The notes beneath the pieces are model-generated. The model saw only the letters and a list, made by a program, of their open reading frames with translations, was not told the origin of the DNA and did no database searches. Positions 1 through 15,681 of a DNA stretch of 64,000 nucleotides are shown here, piece by piece; position 1 is the stretch's first letter, and every line of letters starts with the position of its first letter. The position numbers and the translations under genes were made by a program. This DNA comes from Piromyces finnis finn. Lineage: Eukaryota > Fungi > Neocallimastigomycota. The stretch covers positions 186,001-250,000 of the forward strand of contig MCFH01000009.1 of the NCBI GenBank assembly GCA_002104945.1, given 5' to 3'.

Positions 1-183
1 TTTTACTCTGTTTCATATACAAAGGATTGGATGGTTTGCAATATATACAATGACAAACATTTGTTTTTCCTAATAAATAATTTATATGTACTTTTGCTTC
101 TAAAGGTGTTTCAAAATAGTTTCCTGAAGGATGCTGATACAATAAATGAGAAAAAAAAAATATATATAATTAAATAGTATATT

Positions 184-215
<32 letters not shown>

Positions 216-742
216 CAATTTATTTATTACAAGTATTTACAAGAAAATTATATGTTCATTATATATTAATAATAGAATCGAATAATATAAAAATAATAAT
301 ATTAATTATCAAAATATAAATTGGTCTCCTATTTTCTAATAATAGTATATATTTTATATATTTTATGTATTAAATAAAAAGTATTAATTACTCCGTATAA
401 ATTGGTTTTAACTTTTGTTGCTTTTGTCATTGACTTTTCTACTTTAGAAAATAGTTTATAATTATTTGGAAATGATTTTATATTCATATTTGTTAACCAT
501 GCTTTATATTTTTTATAATATGGATACAAATTTTAAAATAAATAATAAAATATAAATTAAATGAACTAATTTATTATTTTTGGAATTTGTTATTTTCAAT
601 TCTTTTTTTTTTTTTTTATTTTTTATTTATTTATATTATATATATTATAGTTTCATGTACTTTTAACTATATCCGGTTGAGCTTCCTTCCATGGTGCTTC
701 AGGGTAATTTGAAATTGATCCATCATTTATAATATAACTCAT
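1..742 (-). CDS. Probable multi-exon hypothetical gene running off the window start (partial)
   Basis: ATG at 742 gives MSYIINDGSISNYPEAPWKEAQPDI followed by a GT donor. The open frame 329-529 (YPYYKKYKAW...TNLYG) may be exon 2, but I could not find a clean acceptor. No recognisable domain. Confidence 0.4.
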
Positions 743-1461
743 TAATTCTTTATTTCTATTCTAAAATATTTTTAGTTTTGTAAATATAAATAATGCCTAA
801 TAATTTTTATAACCTAATCAGAAAATAAACAGTGTTCATGTGATATAGTAGTGATTTTAATAAGAAAAAACATATTAAATGTATGGAAACTAAATTAATA
901 AATAAAAAAGTTAAAAAAAAGAATATTATAGTTTTTTATTGTTTTTATATTTATATATTTATATCATAGATTAACAAGGATTAGTGATATAATATAAATA
1001 CTCTTTTAATGTATATTACTGTTATGTATTAAACAAGTAGAAAGAAACAAAAAAAATAATAATAGTAATAAAGCAAATAAATAATACTTTAATATAAAAA
1101 CATTTTGATATTTAATAATTAAACATTTAGCAATAAAAACATAAAATAAAAAATGTTTGGGTTAAGAGATGTGAACTTGATAAAAATGAATATCATTGTA
1201 TCATTTATATATTTTTATATTATAAAATCGAAATATAAAAATTCTTATATATGATTATTAAAATAATAATAATATAATAATATAATAATAAAAAAAAAAA
1301 AAAAAAGAGATAATCCAAAACCGAAGTTTTTGCATAAATATTGATTTTAAAGTTTTTAAAGTTTTTTTTTAATTTTTATTTTCTTTAATATTATTATTTT
1401 GTCAAATAATTGTATAGAGTTTTCTCATAATAATATTTTAATAATTTAAAAAAAAAAAAAA

Positions 1462-4363
1462 ATGGATAACATAAATAGTTTAAAAGATGATATTTATAAA
1501 AATGAAAATAATAATGAAAATGATATTGAGATGAAATATACATTGATAACCCCGAATAATAGCGAAAGTTTTAAAGCAGAATTACAAAATAATATAGAAC
1601 AATACAAGTAATACACACTAAAATCATATTTATTATATATATTATTTTTATAAATACAAATTCATAATTACCAATTATTATATAATATATTTACATGTTT
1701 TATTAATTTATTAAGATATGAATTTGAGAAGAGATTATACAATGTATTAAACAAAGATATTTTTAGTGCTTCCTTTGACCCCCAAAAAAATATTTTTGAT
1801 ATTAATGGAAACTTTATAACATATCCAGAAAAAAAAAATAATCAAAAATGGAAAAGGAAAAGCAAGAATAACATCAATTTTATAAAAAAGAATTCCTTTA
1901 TATATTCTAGTTCAATTCTAAATCTTGATTTAGGAAATCAGGATTCGAATTCTAGTTCATTAAGTAAACCAAAGTTTAAAAGTGAAAATAATATTTCTGA
2001 ATTACTTAAAAAAAATATGAATAATCAAAATATTTCGAAAAGAAAAGCATTTTCATATAATAATGTATCTAATCTTCAAAATAGTAGTTTCAATAGTAAA
2101 TATAGTGATGATTCAAATACTAGTACTAATAATATAAATATAATAATGATAAGTATTAACTTCAAAAATTATACACATATTATAAACAATAATTAAATCA
2201 GGAACTGTTGAAAATAATTCAAATAATAACGATAAGAAAAATTTAAAGTACAAGTCAAAAGACTATCAAATAAGAAAAACTTACGAAGATTTGCAAAGGG
2301 AATTAGAAAACCTTGAAAATGAATTTAATAATGTAATAGTAATAATGTTTTATTAATATCAGTAATTTATTTATTAATATTTTTATATAAATAATTTAAA
2401 AATATACAAAAATATCGATAATTATATAGAAATCGGAAGAATCAAATGAAGACAAAATAAAAATTGATATGAGAAAGAAAGAACTTCATAAAAATTATAA
2501 AGAATATATTAAATTAAATAATAATAATAATAATACAGATAATCCAAATTTAAGAAGAGTAAGATAATAACGAAAATAATAATATCTTTATACGATAATA
2601 TTATATCTATAACTTTCTTATAATAAAATATTGAACATTATATTTATAGTATAAGAATTATGTTAATGATTTTGAATGGGTATATATATTCACATAATAT
2701 ATATAGAAATTTAAAAAATATATCTTAAAAAATAATTAACCAGGAATAATTTAAACTCTATATTTATATCTAATTGTTTTTTAAAGGTTAAACAAAGACA
2801 TCTTGATGCAATTAATAAACAAAGTATTCCTAAAACAACAACTGAAATTAATGAAATAACTGAACGTTTATATAATCCTAAGTATATAAAACAATATAAT
2901 AAATTTTTAAATTATTTTAATTTTCATTGATTTTTATTCATGATTTAAAAAAATATGATAAACAATTTTTTTTTTTTTAATTATAGTAATTATCCAAATG
3001 TTTATAAGATGAAATTCAATACAGGAAAATCTAATGAAAAGCTTGATTCAAATACGAATGTAATAATTGATTATTATTAATATTTGATAATAGTATAAAT
3101 ATACATTATTTATTGTTTTAAATATTAAATTTATATAATACAGTATGATAAGAAAATCTCATCATCAAGAAAAAAGCTAAATACAAAGTATGTAAACCAT
3201 TTTTAAATTAATTTGAATAAATATATGACTTGTTTAAAAATATATAAAAACTAATCATAAATATTTACAGCAAAGAAAAGATTTATTCTCAAAGTGAGCC
3301 AATATTAAATTCAAGTAACGATGATAATATCAGAGCAAGAATGATTGATCAAATTAATAGTTAGTTTTTTTTTGTACAAATTATTTTAATATTATTATTT
3401 TTATAAAAGTCTAAATAAATTATAAAACTTATTTATTATTATTATATAAATAAATAGACTTCTCACCATTATCACCTGAAAATTTCACTATGAAGTCTTC
3501 TAAAACAAAAAAGAATGCTTCATTAAATACTCTTAATACTAATTCATCTAATAAAATATATTCAATTAATAAAAATGAAAATAATCATTTAAACAATCAG
3601 AAAGATAAAACTAGTAATGAAAGTATCAAAAGCACTTCTAATTTAAAGAAAAGTACCACGAATATTAATAATAATTTAAAAAACAACTCTATTATAGAAA
3701 ATGAATTTTCATATATCAACAATAATAGTAAAAATAACATTAGCAAAGGCACAATAAACAACTCAGTGGAAAGTATTAGTACTAACAAAATCAATAATAA
3801 AGTCAGTTTTTCTACACAAGAAATAAATAAAAAAGATTACAAAAGTAACGATTACTTAAAAAGTTCAAGTAAATTAAACTCAATGAAAAATTTATCATCA
3901 TCAAACAAAAATATATCGTATAAAGTATCTTATAATGACTTAAATAGATCAACTAATAGTTTAAGTCACAAAAAAAGGAGTAATAATGAATCCAAAAGCT
4001 ATACTAATTTAAAAAGTTCATCATCATCCCTTAATAGTTTAAATAGAAAAAATAAAAGTAAAAAGAACTTATCCCTTAATAAATCAGTTGATAGTATTTC
4101 TAGAAAAACAAAGAAATCTTTTTACGATAACACAGTAAATATAATTTTAATTTATAGTTTTATGTTTTTAAATAATTAAAATATAATTAATTAATATTAT
4201 ATTATTCTTATAGGAGAAGATTACAGAAAGTAATCCCGATATTCATAACGATGATTCATTTGAAATTATTGAAGAAGATACTGGTGAACAAGCTGCCTTA
4301 CAATTTCAACATATTATGTCAGTATCTTCTAAAAGTATAAATAATCTAAATAATTATGATTAA
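1462..4363 (+). CDS. Multi-exon hypothetical protein, low-complexity Asn/Ser/Lys-rich with a short coiled-coil-like segment
   Basis: MDNINSLKDD... start at 1462. In-frame exons join across GT..AG introns, e.g. ~2154-2201 giving ...MIRTVENN...TYEDLQRELENLENEF. Includes track ORF 3490-4179 as an internal exon. Last exon ends ...SKSINNLNNYD* at 4363. Confidence 0.7.
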
Positions 4364-4994
4364 TAATACTAAAATTATGCTTATAGTAATTGTAAAAATA
4401 ATTTATTAATGCCTATATAATATTAAATAAATAAATGAATATATTAGTGAATAAAAACTTGATTATATATATTTCTTCTATTTAATTATTATTTTTTTTA
4501 TTCTTTTTCTTATTACGATTTATTTACCTATTAGTTAAATGTAATTTATTATACTTGGTAACATTTAAAATTGTATCAATTAATAAATTAAAATCTAAAC
4601 TTTAATTTATATTTATATTATTAAAATTGTTCTTACATCTAAATATAGATAATATTAATTGTATATATAAGAAAAAATCTTATTATTTGTACCCATAATT
4701 TTTTTTATTATACTTTTGAATAATTAAAAGTTTAATAATTAATACTTGAAAGGTTTAATATTTTGATGAATAAAAAACTATTACATTCAATTATCAATCA
4801 CAGTATTTTTAGTTTCAATTGGATATAGTTTTTATATCTTTTTTTTTTTTCTTTTTTTTTTTCTTTTTTTTTTTTTTTGAAAATATATATTATTATTAAA
4901 AAAAAGTTCTATAATAAAATTAATAATTACATTTAAATATTCAATAAATATAAATATTATTATAGTTTGCTTTAAAAAAAGATAATAAAGATTA

Positions 4995-7900
4995 ATGTCA
5001 CAAAAAGACATTATAGTGTGTTCTGGATGTTCGAATGAAATATCATCAGGGTACACATTATAATAATAATAATAATAATTTTAATTTTCTTTTAATGAAG
5101 TTGATACTATAGAAATATTTTGTTATATAATAATTACAATAAATATTATTTTCTAAAAAAAAAATAAATATTTTCTATTTATACAAAAAAAAAAAAATAA
5201 TCATTAGAAATATTATTTCATTTGAAAATGATTACTGGCATCCAGAATGTTTTAAATGCATGAAATGTAATAAAACTATAGATATATCAGATCAAAATAT
5301 TTTATTATGTGAAGATAAACCAATATGTTCAAATTGTGGATATATATGTCATGTTTGTGGGGAAGCAATAACAGGAGAAGCTATTACTGCTGGTAAAATA
5401 TAGATTTATATTAAAAGTATTAAAAATAATTAATATAACTAATCCATAATTTTAAAATAATTTTTAATTAATAACAAAAAATAACATAAAATGAAAAAAA
5501 ATAAAATCATACTATGATGTTCATATTTTTGTAGATGATATGATAATACATTTCGGTTGTTTTAAATGTCAATGTTGTGGAAAATATATTGATGATTTAA
5601 CATATATCTTAGTTAATAATGTAATTAAATATAGAGTTTTTATATAAGAATTTTACAATTGTAAATTAATTTAATACTATATCTATTTATTACTTTTTCA
5701 AATCAAATAAATGTTTATATCGATCTTTTTAATTTTATATGATGATTTATGATTTCCTTTTATAATATTATTAAATCAATAATTAAGGAAATTCGTTGTA
5801 TCAATTGTACCTATAATATTGATGAAGATGTTCAAAATGATTTTGGTATTAGTTCACCAGTAAAAAATTCTAATTCTAACTATATGAATGATCCCTTTGT
5901 AGAATCAACAAATTATATTGAAGGAGAAAATAATGATAGTAGTAGTCCACCTCAAATAAACATATTAAATGATAATGAAACTGCTGTTTCGAATAATATA
6001 TCAAAAGATAAAGGTAAAAGATTTACTGCAAAGCATTGCAGTATGCTACAAGACAAGAATGCACTTTATCGAACATCTGTAGAGGACAAAATATCAGAAA
6101 TGAGTTCCAAAACAAGTAGTTATGTTCCTAATTTACCATCATTTTTAGAAGAAGATTCCAAAGAAGCAGATTCTAAAGAAGAAAAGGATGAGATGGAAAG
6201 AAACCCTAATCAACATGAATATTATGTTGATAATAAGAAATTTACAGATGAAGAAATATATATTTTAAAAGTCAAAAACGAACAACTGACATCAGAAAAC
6301 CGACTTTTACAAGAGGAAAAATCTAGCATAATAGAAAAATATGAAGAAAAAATTGATGAAGAAATTAAGAAAAATGAAGCCTATGAAAAAACAATTAATA
6401 ATTTACTGGAAGAAAAAAAGCAATTAAAAGAAAGTATTTCACAAACTAATAAAAAATTAAAGAAATACGAAGAAGACTTTAAACTTGATGCATTGAAATA
6501 TGAGGTAAAATGAATATATATTTTTAAAATTACTAAATACACTATTATTAATAATATAGTTCGTATTGTTATTTTCTTTTCTGTTTTTATTTAATTATTT
6601 CTTTTTTCCACTAAAATTAACATACATTTATAAACATAAAAGAATGAAAATAATTTATTCCAAATAAAATACGAAGATTTAAAAGCAATTTATGAAAAAG
6701 AACGAGAAGAAAGAATAATTGCAGAATCAACTATTATTCGATTACAAGAAGAAATACATGTTCGGTATCTTGATGAATTAAAATATACATATATATATGA
6801 TATTGAAACAAAATACCAAAATGAATTTGAAATTTTAGAAAATCAAAAACAAAATTCACTTGCAACTTATGAATATTTGAACAATGAAATAAAAAAGTTA
6901 GAGAAAGATATAAATTCACCTAAAACAGATGGAGAATCAAAGTAATTAAATATAAAAAAAACTTTATATAGATTATATATGTTTTTAAAGATGAATTTTA
7001 TATATATTATATATTGTGTATTGTACTATAAATTGTAATGGAAATTCATAATATATTAATACAAAATATTATTATTAAAAATTTTAATATTTATTTATAC
7101 AATAATAGTGGAAAATCTCCTAGTCCATATGATTCCCTTGGTAAATACAATGAAATTATTACAAAATACAAGATTGAATTAAATAACATTCAAAATCAGA
7201 AAAAATTATTACAAAGTGAAGTTAATCTTTTAAGAAACCTAAGAAAAGAATTAATTAATGATAATTTAATATATATGGATAGATTCAGAAAACTAAAATC
7301 TGAAGAATCAGCATTACAAAGAAATTTACAAAAAATCAAAAAATCATCAACGTATAAAAGTAACAATGATTTGGTTAATAATAATTTAAAGAACGATGAA
7401 AGTAATTTAGATACTGCTTCAATATATTCTACAAATAATGACATTAAATCTAATGATCCCAATTTCCATAATATTACACTACAAAAAATGGAATCTTCTG
7501 TAAATAATAGCTTTGCTGTATATGAATCTATAACAAAAATAATAAATGATTCTTTCCAACCGCCAAAACTTGATAAAAACTTCAATTTACCAAATAAATC
7601 GTATTCAAAAGAATCAATAAATACAGAAGTTTTAAATATTTCAACATCCGTAGTCAGTCCTATTAATAGTGAAAGCACTGAAGATAAAACATCACCATCC
7701 ACGGCAACTACAGATGAAGAACGGATGATTATTCCATTGAACGATTCACCATCTGTCCCTCAAAGTAAAAGTAGCACCATAAAAAAAATGAAAAAAAATA
7801 AGAAATATTATGGTAAAAATAATATAATTTATTTAATACATGATACCTGTATAACATGAATAATATATTAAAATAATATAATATTTATTTATATAATTAG

Positions 7901-9338
7901 CATCTGAATCTGTATTATTTAATGAAAAGAAATTACCTTATAAAGACGATAATATGATGATTAGTTCAGATGAATTACAAAAAAGTGGATCAACATCACC
8001 ATTTAAAATAAAAATTGATAGTTCTCATGAATTCCAATTTCATAAATTCCTTACACCAAATAAATGGTATATAACAAATATGAAAAAAAAAATAATAAAT
8101 TAATAAATTATTCCATTTTAAAATAAAAATTTAAAATTTATTTTTTTTTAAAAAAAAATAGTGAAGTATGTAATGAACTTATGTGGGGAAGAGAAACAAA
8201 ATGTAAATGCTGTGGTATGAGATGTCATATAAAATGTATTACCGAAAAACTACCAGAATGTTCAATGAAACCTGTTGATCCAGAAGTAGCAGGTTAATTT
8301 TTTTTAGCTATTAAAAAATGTAAAAATTTTAAGTTTAGATAATATAACACTAAATTTTATTTATTTTGTCATTAGCTCTTTATGCATTTGGTACTGATTT
8401 AAGTAAACAAGCTTCTATTGAAGCTGATAATATTCCTTTCATAGTTAAAAAATGTGCACAAGAAGTTGAAAAAAGAGGTAAGAGTTTCATTTTCTAAACT
8501 ATAATGTTTTAAAATATAGTAATTTATAATAGAAAAAAAAAGGTAATATTTAATTAATATATATATATATATATAGGTATGGATTTTGAAGGAATATATC
8601 GAAAATCTGGAAGAACATTATTAATGAAAATATTAATTGGGTAATAAAAAAAACATTTTAAAATTAAATAAATAGTAATAATTTTTTAAATAAATTCTTA
8701 CATAATAAGATATAATAAAGGCATATTAATAAATAAAAATATATATATTTAATATTATAATAAAAATAATAATTAAAATATTCAAAAACTAGTATCTTTT
8801 CAAAGGGTGATGATCCTGATTTATCAGAAGACGGTGAATTTTCAGAAATTACTATTATAACTAGTGTTTTAAAGCAATACTTTAGAGAATTACCTATTGC
8901 TGTTATTCCACCTGATACCTATACAAAATTATCGGAATTAATAAGTAATTTTTAATATATTCAAGATATATTTTAACAAATATCAACATATTTAATTAAT
9001 ATATTATTTATATTATATATTATCCAAAACAAAATAAAAAAATAAAAGCTGCAGACGAAAAAGACATAAATATACAAGAAATTAAAAAATGTATAGATTC
9101 CTTAGAAATAACGCATTATTGTACATTGAAATTCATTACTAAACATTTAATTAAAGTAAGTCAATATGATAATGTTAATTTAATGAATATCAAGAATTTA
9201 GCTGTTGTTTTTGGACCAACATTAATCGGTAGTAATGAAATATGTCCAGAAGTTGATTTTTCGTCTACAGGAATTAAAGTGAAAATCATTAGTGTTATAT
9301 TAGAAAATGCAGATACTATCTTTCCAGACAACGAATAA
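4995..9338 (+). CDS. Rho GTPase-activating protein with 2 N-terminal LIM domains, coiled coil, C1 domain and C-terminal RhoGAP (fungal Rga family)
   Basis: Spliced LIM1 MSQKDIIVCSGC...WHPECFKCMKC...CSNC and LIM2 CHVC...HFGCFKCQCC...CINC. C1 domain HEFQFHKFLTPNKCEVC...CKCCGMRCHIKC...C. RhoGAP FGTDL...IPFIVKKC...GIYRKSG (Arg finger)...LKQYFRELP...NLMNIKNLAVVFGPTL. Track ORFs at 5749, 7038 and 9126 are exons of this gene. Confidence 0.92.
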
Positions 9339-9629
9339 AATATTTTTATAATAAATATTATCGTTTTCTTATAACCATATATTTTGTGCTTTATTATGTA
9401 TTTATATTTTTTTAATAGAAATAGAAATAATAAATTATATTTTTAAAAAATAAGAATACTATTTAAAAATAAAAATAAAAAAAAAATATAATATAAAATT
9501 TTAAATTAAAAAAATTTTATTAATTCACCATATATATATAACATATACTTGTGTTATATATGTTTTTCCCTTAAGAAGGGATTTAAAAAAAAAATAATAA
9601 TTTTTTATACACTCTAGAACACTAGAATA

Positions 9630-9743
9630 ATTACTATTAACGAGAATTATTTAAAATTATCATTATCATTACTATTAATGAGAATTATTTAAAATTATCA
9701 TTATCATTACTATTAACGAGAATTATTTAAAATTATCATTATT
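9630..9743. repeat. Tandem minisatellite, 3 x 38 bp
   Basis: Unit attactattaa(c/t)gagaattatttaaaattatcattatc repeated three times between the convergent 3' ends of the RhoGAP and GTPase genes. Confidence 0.9.
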
Positions 9744-9871
9744 CTTATTTGTATATTGCTAATAACACGTGTTAATGGTTATTATTAAGTATTTTCTCTA
9801 AGATGTATTTTTAAGGTATATTCCGAAGAGAGGGGAAGGAAAAGATAATTGCAAACTATTTTAATAAAATT

Positions 9872-11059
9872 TTATTTTTCATCATCCTTCTTTATATTTT
9901 TTATAATTGTATCGAAAAGTTCATTGACATTTATTCCAGTTTTAGATGATACATCCATAAATGGTATTCCCCATATATTAGCCTGATATATATTTTATAT
10001 TTTAATATAATTACTTATTTTATTTAATAAAAGAATATATGTAATTTAAATAGTATTCAAGAATAATATTACCTGATTGATAGCCTCACTAATCTGAATT
10101 TTTATATTATCTGAATCATCATTCTATTATACGATTAAAAATAAACTATGAATATATTATTAATTATATAATTAATCTTTTATATATATTTAAAAGCATA
10201 CTTTGGTTCCAACAAGAATAGTAAAAGCATCAGGTGATACTCTATTGTTTTTTTCGTTTTTTTTGTTTTTTTTAATTGCATATTATTAAATATATGAAAA
10301 AATTTTATTATACATATTACTATACAGAGAAAATTTGAAAATATTAAATTTTTTTTATACCTCTTAATTTCATTATACCAAAAAGCCGAATCTTCGAAAG
10401 AACTTTTACTTAACATATCATAACATATAATAGCACCCTAATATGTATAAATATAAGGACTATTAATTTTTATACTTAATTATTAATTAAATATTTGTAA
10501 AATGGCTTTCATATATTTGTATATTATATATTACATCAATATCATTATAAAATTGATATAGAAGGCATTTATATCTTTCATGTCCTCCACAACAACATAT
10601 TTCTAAAGTTCTTTTATTTTGACTAAATATATAATAGTATATATAATGTTTTAAATATTATATGGATAAAGATTTAAAAAAAAATATTAACCATCTTTAT
10701 TATTATATTGATTTTTTTTCATTAATAGAGATTATTTAATAATTTTTATACCCCTCTCCAACATATTTATTTGATATTTCTGCACCTAACGTTTGCTTAT
10801 ACTCCTGATTATATGTATCTTCTATAAATCTTTAATATGAATTTTATTTTGATAATATAAATGTTTTTTTAAGAAAAAAAATTTTTTTATTAATACTATC
10901 AATTTATTCTGTATTAAAATAATATTTAATATTTAAAAAAAAAAAAAGGATACCTTACCTTTTAACAAGACAAGTTTTACCAGATCTGCAAGATCCAATT
11001 ACAACCAATTTTATAACTTCTCTGGTAGATATAATTTCTTGAAATTTTTCATTTACCAT
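9872..11059 (-). CDS. Atypical Rab/Ras-superfamily small GTPase, multi-exon, no C-terminal Cys
   Basis: Spliced motifs: G1 KLVVIGSCRSGKT, G2 region YKQTLGAEI, G3 region LEICCCGGHERY, GAIICYD...SFEDSAFWYNEIKR, G4 LVGTKND, G5 MDVSSKTG. Ends IKKDDEK*. Confidence 0.85.
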
Positions 11060-11856
11060 TTTTCTATTTCAATTTTTTTTAAAATAAAAAGTATGAATAT
11101 TTATTTATAAAAAAGTATCACATTTACAACAACATTATTTAAAATTATTACTATTTGCAAATACATATTTATATTCTGAGTTTAAAATAATATATATATA
11201 TTTATTATTGTAAAATAATTCGCAATTTTATTTGACTTTTCCTATATATAAAAAATAATATTAGCTTAAAGTATTTTTTAATTAATATTACTTACAATTT
11301 TTATTTATTATTTTACCGTTTTATTATTAAATAAAAATATGACTTTTTAAAGGAAAAGTTTTTTTTTTTTTTTTTAATTTTTATTTTTTTTTTTTTCGTT
11401 TTATTGAAAAGTTTAAAAAAAAAAAAAAAAGAATTATTGGTTACACTAAATTGATGAATATTTTAATTAAAATTAAAATAAAAATTTAATTTTAATTAAT
11501 ACAAAAAAATTAAATAAATAATAAATTAAAAAAATAATAACAAAAATATAAATCTAAAAGATATAGGGAAAAAAGGAAATTTTAGATTTGGTAAAAAAAA
11601 AAAAAAAATCGATAGGAAAAATAGAGATGTTATGATAAAGAAAATAACAAGTGGATGGCAATATATTTAAATAATAAAATTACTATCTCAATAACATAAA
11701 TATAGATTGGCGATACATTGAAAACCCTTAAGCATTCCTTCCTTTTAGAATAAATATTAAAGAATGAAAGGCAGTGAAATTTTAAAAATTAAAATTTAAA
11801 GGGAAAACATAACATTTTTAGTTATTACTTAAGAACTAATTTCTAATATTGTTAAT

Positions 11857-12119
<263 letters not shown>

Positions 12120-12371
12120 CAAAAAAGATATAATAAATAAACAAAAAAAAATTATGAATATAAAATATAAAATGTTTAATACTTATTGATTTTATTTTAT
12201 TTTTTTAATTATATAGCTATTACATTTACTTCTAAATTAATTTTATATCTTTATTAGAAACTACTAGTAATTATTATTCTATATCTACTTATTTAGAAAA
12301 TTTTTAATTTTTTTAAATTGAATAACTTTATATTTTTATTTTAGTTAATCTTTTTTTTTTTTACTTTTTCT

Positions 12372-13841
12372 TTAATTAAAAAGAGTTGAAGTGACTTCTT
12401 CATTTTCAGAATCTTGATCATCCTCAACTTCAATATCAGAAACGTTAATAATTTCGTTAGTTTCATCATCAGATTCATTATCAAACATCCAAAATGGAAC
12501 CTTATTAATTAAATCATTAACATCATCAAGGTTTTTCATAGCATTGTAATTGTAGAATTCAGTTGGTTCAAAAGTTTCAGAGGTGAAGGTTGCATTAACC
12601 CAAAATGGAATTTTTCCACCAGAAACATTGATTTGGTCTAATTTATTTTTAACCTTTAATTCAAAAGACTTTTTAGCAACAGCATCTAAATCATAACTTT
12701 GACCATTGAATTCTGAACCATTATCATGGAAAATATAACCACCATAACTGTAAACAAGAATATCATCAGCAGGTAAAATTTTATCATCTCCTATATAATT
12801 GAATGAATTATATTCAGAAAGAATATTTGATTCAACGCCAATTCCAATGAAATAGCATGGGAAAACATTATCACTGTGATAATAATTATCAACAGTTAAT
12901 GATTTATAAACTGGATTGAATGTTTCGGCATAGTAATAGTTATTAAAAATATGAACTCTACCGTAACGGACACGAGGAAGACGTTCATTACAATTTATGA
13001 AAACATTGTTATGAATAGTAACTTTTAAACTATCACGATCGGTAGTTCGACTATCACTATTACCAATTAAAAGAGCTTTTTTATGATTTTCAAAACGGTT
13101 GTTAGAAATAGTAATATCATCAGATTGAACAACAATATCAATAACACCATCATGTAATTCAACGTAACGACCAAAAGCTAAAGGTGCTTTATCAACAGTT
13201 TTCTTACCATTAGTAAAGTAGCAGTTATCAATCCATACATTAGTAGAATTTCTAATAGTAATTGAATCATATTCTGGGAACCAAGTACCTTGAGCACCAT
13301 CATTTGGTTCCCAATATGGGAATAAATCATTTGGTGATTCCATATACAAGTTCTTTATAATAACATTTGAGATATTTTTAACTTGGAAGTTAACTTCTTC
13401 TATTATTGCATCATCATCATTACCAATAATAATGGTATTAGGAGTTATATTCACATTAGTTTGTTTTCCTTGAAGTGGAACACCTTGTTTACGAAGTTCT
13501 TCAATTTTATTACATTCTTCAGTATTAGACCAAGTGTAACCATCATCGATAAAACAATCTATATATTTTTGAAAGTTAAAACCTGGAACTAATCCTTCCG
13601 CAGTCATAACGGTACCATCATCAAGAATACGACCATTAATTGGAGAATCAATGTAAATAATTTTTGGGCCATTTGGATTTCCATTATTATTTAATGCGTC
13701 CCTAAATTCTTTATAGGTATTAACATGATATTCATCCCCACCTATACCACCAGTAGCATTTTGACCGAAACCAACAATAGAACTAGCACTAACTGCAGCA
13801 ATTGCTGTAAATAAATTAAAATTTAATTTTGTGAACTTCAT
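12372..13841 (-). CDS. Secreted pectate lyase, polysaccharide lyase family 1, intronless, acidic C-terminal tail, no dockerin
   Basis: Signal peptide, then GFG..ATGG..GG. Ca-binding EYDSITI and LHDGVIDI, VWIDN (vWiDH-like), catalytic RLPRVRYGRVHIFNNYY. Resembles bacterial Pel of the Bacillus/Thermotoga type. Confidence 0.93.
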   Translation of the reverse strand: MKFTKLNFNLFTAIAAVSASSIVGFGQNATGGIGGDEYHVNTYKEFRDALNNNGNPNGPKIIYIDSPINGRILDDGTVMTAEGLVPGFNFQKYIDCFIDDGYTWSNTEECNKIEELRKQGVPLQGKQTNVNITPNTIIIGNDDDAIIEEVNFQVKNISNVIIKNLYMESPNDLFPYWEPNDGAQGTWFPEYDSITIRNSTNVWIDNCYFTNGKKTVDKAPLAFGRYVELHDGVIDIVVQSDDITISNNRFENHKKALLIGNSDSRTTDRDSLKVTIHNNVFINCNERLPRVRYGRVHIFNNYYYAETFNPVYKSLTVDNYYHSDNVFPCYFIGIGVESNILSEYNSFNYIGDDKILPADDILVYSYGGYIFHDNGSEFNGQSYDLDAVAKKSFELKVKNKLDQINVSGGKIPFWVNATFTSETFEPTEFYNYNAMKNLDDVNDLINKVPFWMFDNESDDETNEIINVSDIEVEDDQDSENEEVTSTLFN

Positions 13842-14307
13842 TATTATCTATATGAAATTTAAAATGGATAAATATAATCTTTATTTTAAAATGTATTTTT
13901 TTTTATTATTATTACTATTATTAATTTAATTGAAATTACTTTAACTTTTTTTTTTTATTTTATTTTTTAGTTTTCTTTATTTTTTATTTTGTTTTGTTTA
14001 ATTATTATTGTTTTTTTTTTTTCTTTCTTAGTATTATTTTATTTTATTATTAATTATTTGTTTATTTGTTTTTACTTTTTGTTTACTTTGTCTTTACTTA
14101 AAGAAGAAAAAAAAGTAAAAAGAAATTAGAAAAAATGTCATTTTTATATCAAATAAACTTTATTACACAAAAAAAAAAGAAACAATTATGTAAGAGAAAA
14201 TTAATTAAAAATATCTCTTTTAATATATATTATCCATAAAAAAAGAATGTTTATACATTTTATACATAAATCTATGTTGGTTTATAAATGATATATTATA
14301 TACTATA

Positions 14308-14535
<228 letters not shown>

Positions 14536-15097
14536 CAAAATGTAACAACATAATTTATTAAAAAAAAATTAATTTAAAAAAAAAAAAACATTTATATATT
14601 AAAATAAAAATTACTTTCAATGTTTAAATATTATAATTGTAATTGACTTATCAAAACTTTAATATTTCCAGAAGGCAATAATCATTAACACTAATTCTAC
14701 CATTCTACCATAAATATTTTTTTTACTATTGATTTACTATGATTAGAATTTAAGTTAATCAAGAAGGCTAATTTTGACAAAATAATAACATTTCTATGCT
14801 TTTTTTTTTCAATAACAAGTAAAATAAATATTAATATGAAAAGGAAAAAATTTTAAAAGAATTGTGATGAATAAATATATTAAATTTAAAAAGAGAAAAC
14901 ATAGGAAATAATAATATTATATACCTCTATGTAATAATAGTATATCAATATATATTATAATTTTCTTCAAATAATAAAATAATTAAATTAAATATAATGA
15001 TTTATAGCTCTCTCCAAATCCTACTTTTAGCTCACATTAAAATTATGATATTTATTAAATTATTAAAACTAGTCCAACAATTAAAATTTAAAGAATT

Positions 15098-15681
<584 letters not shown>

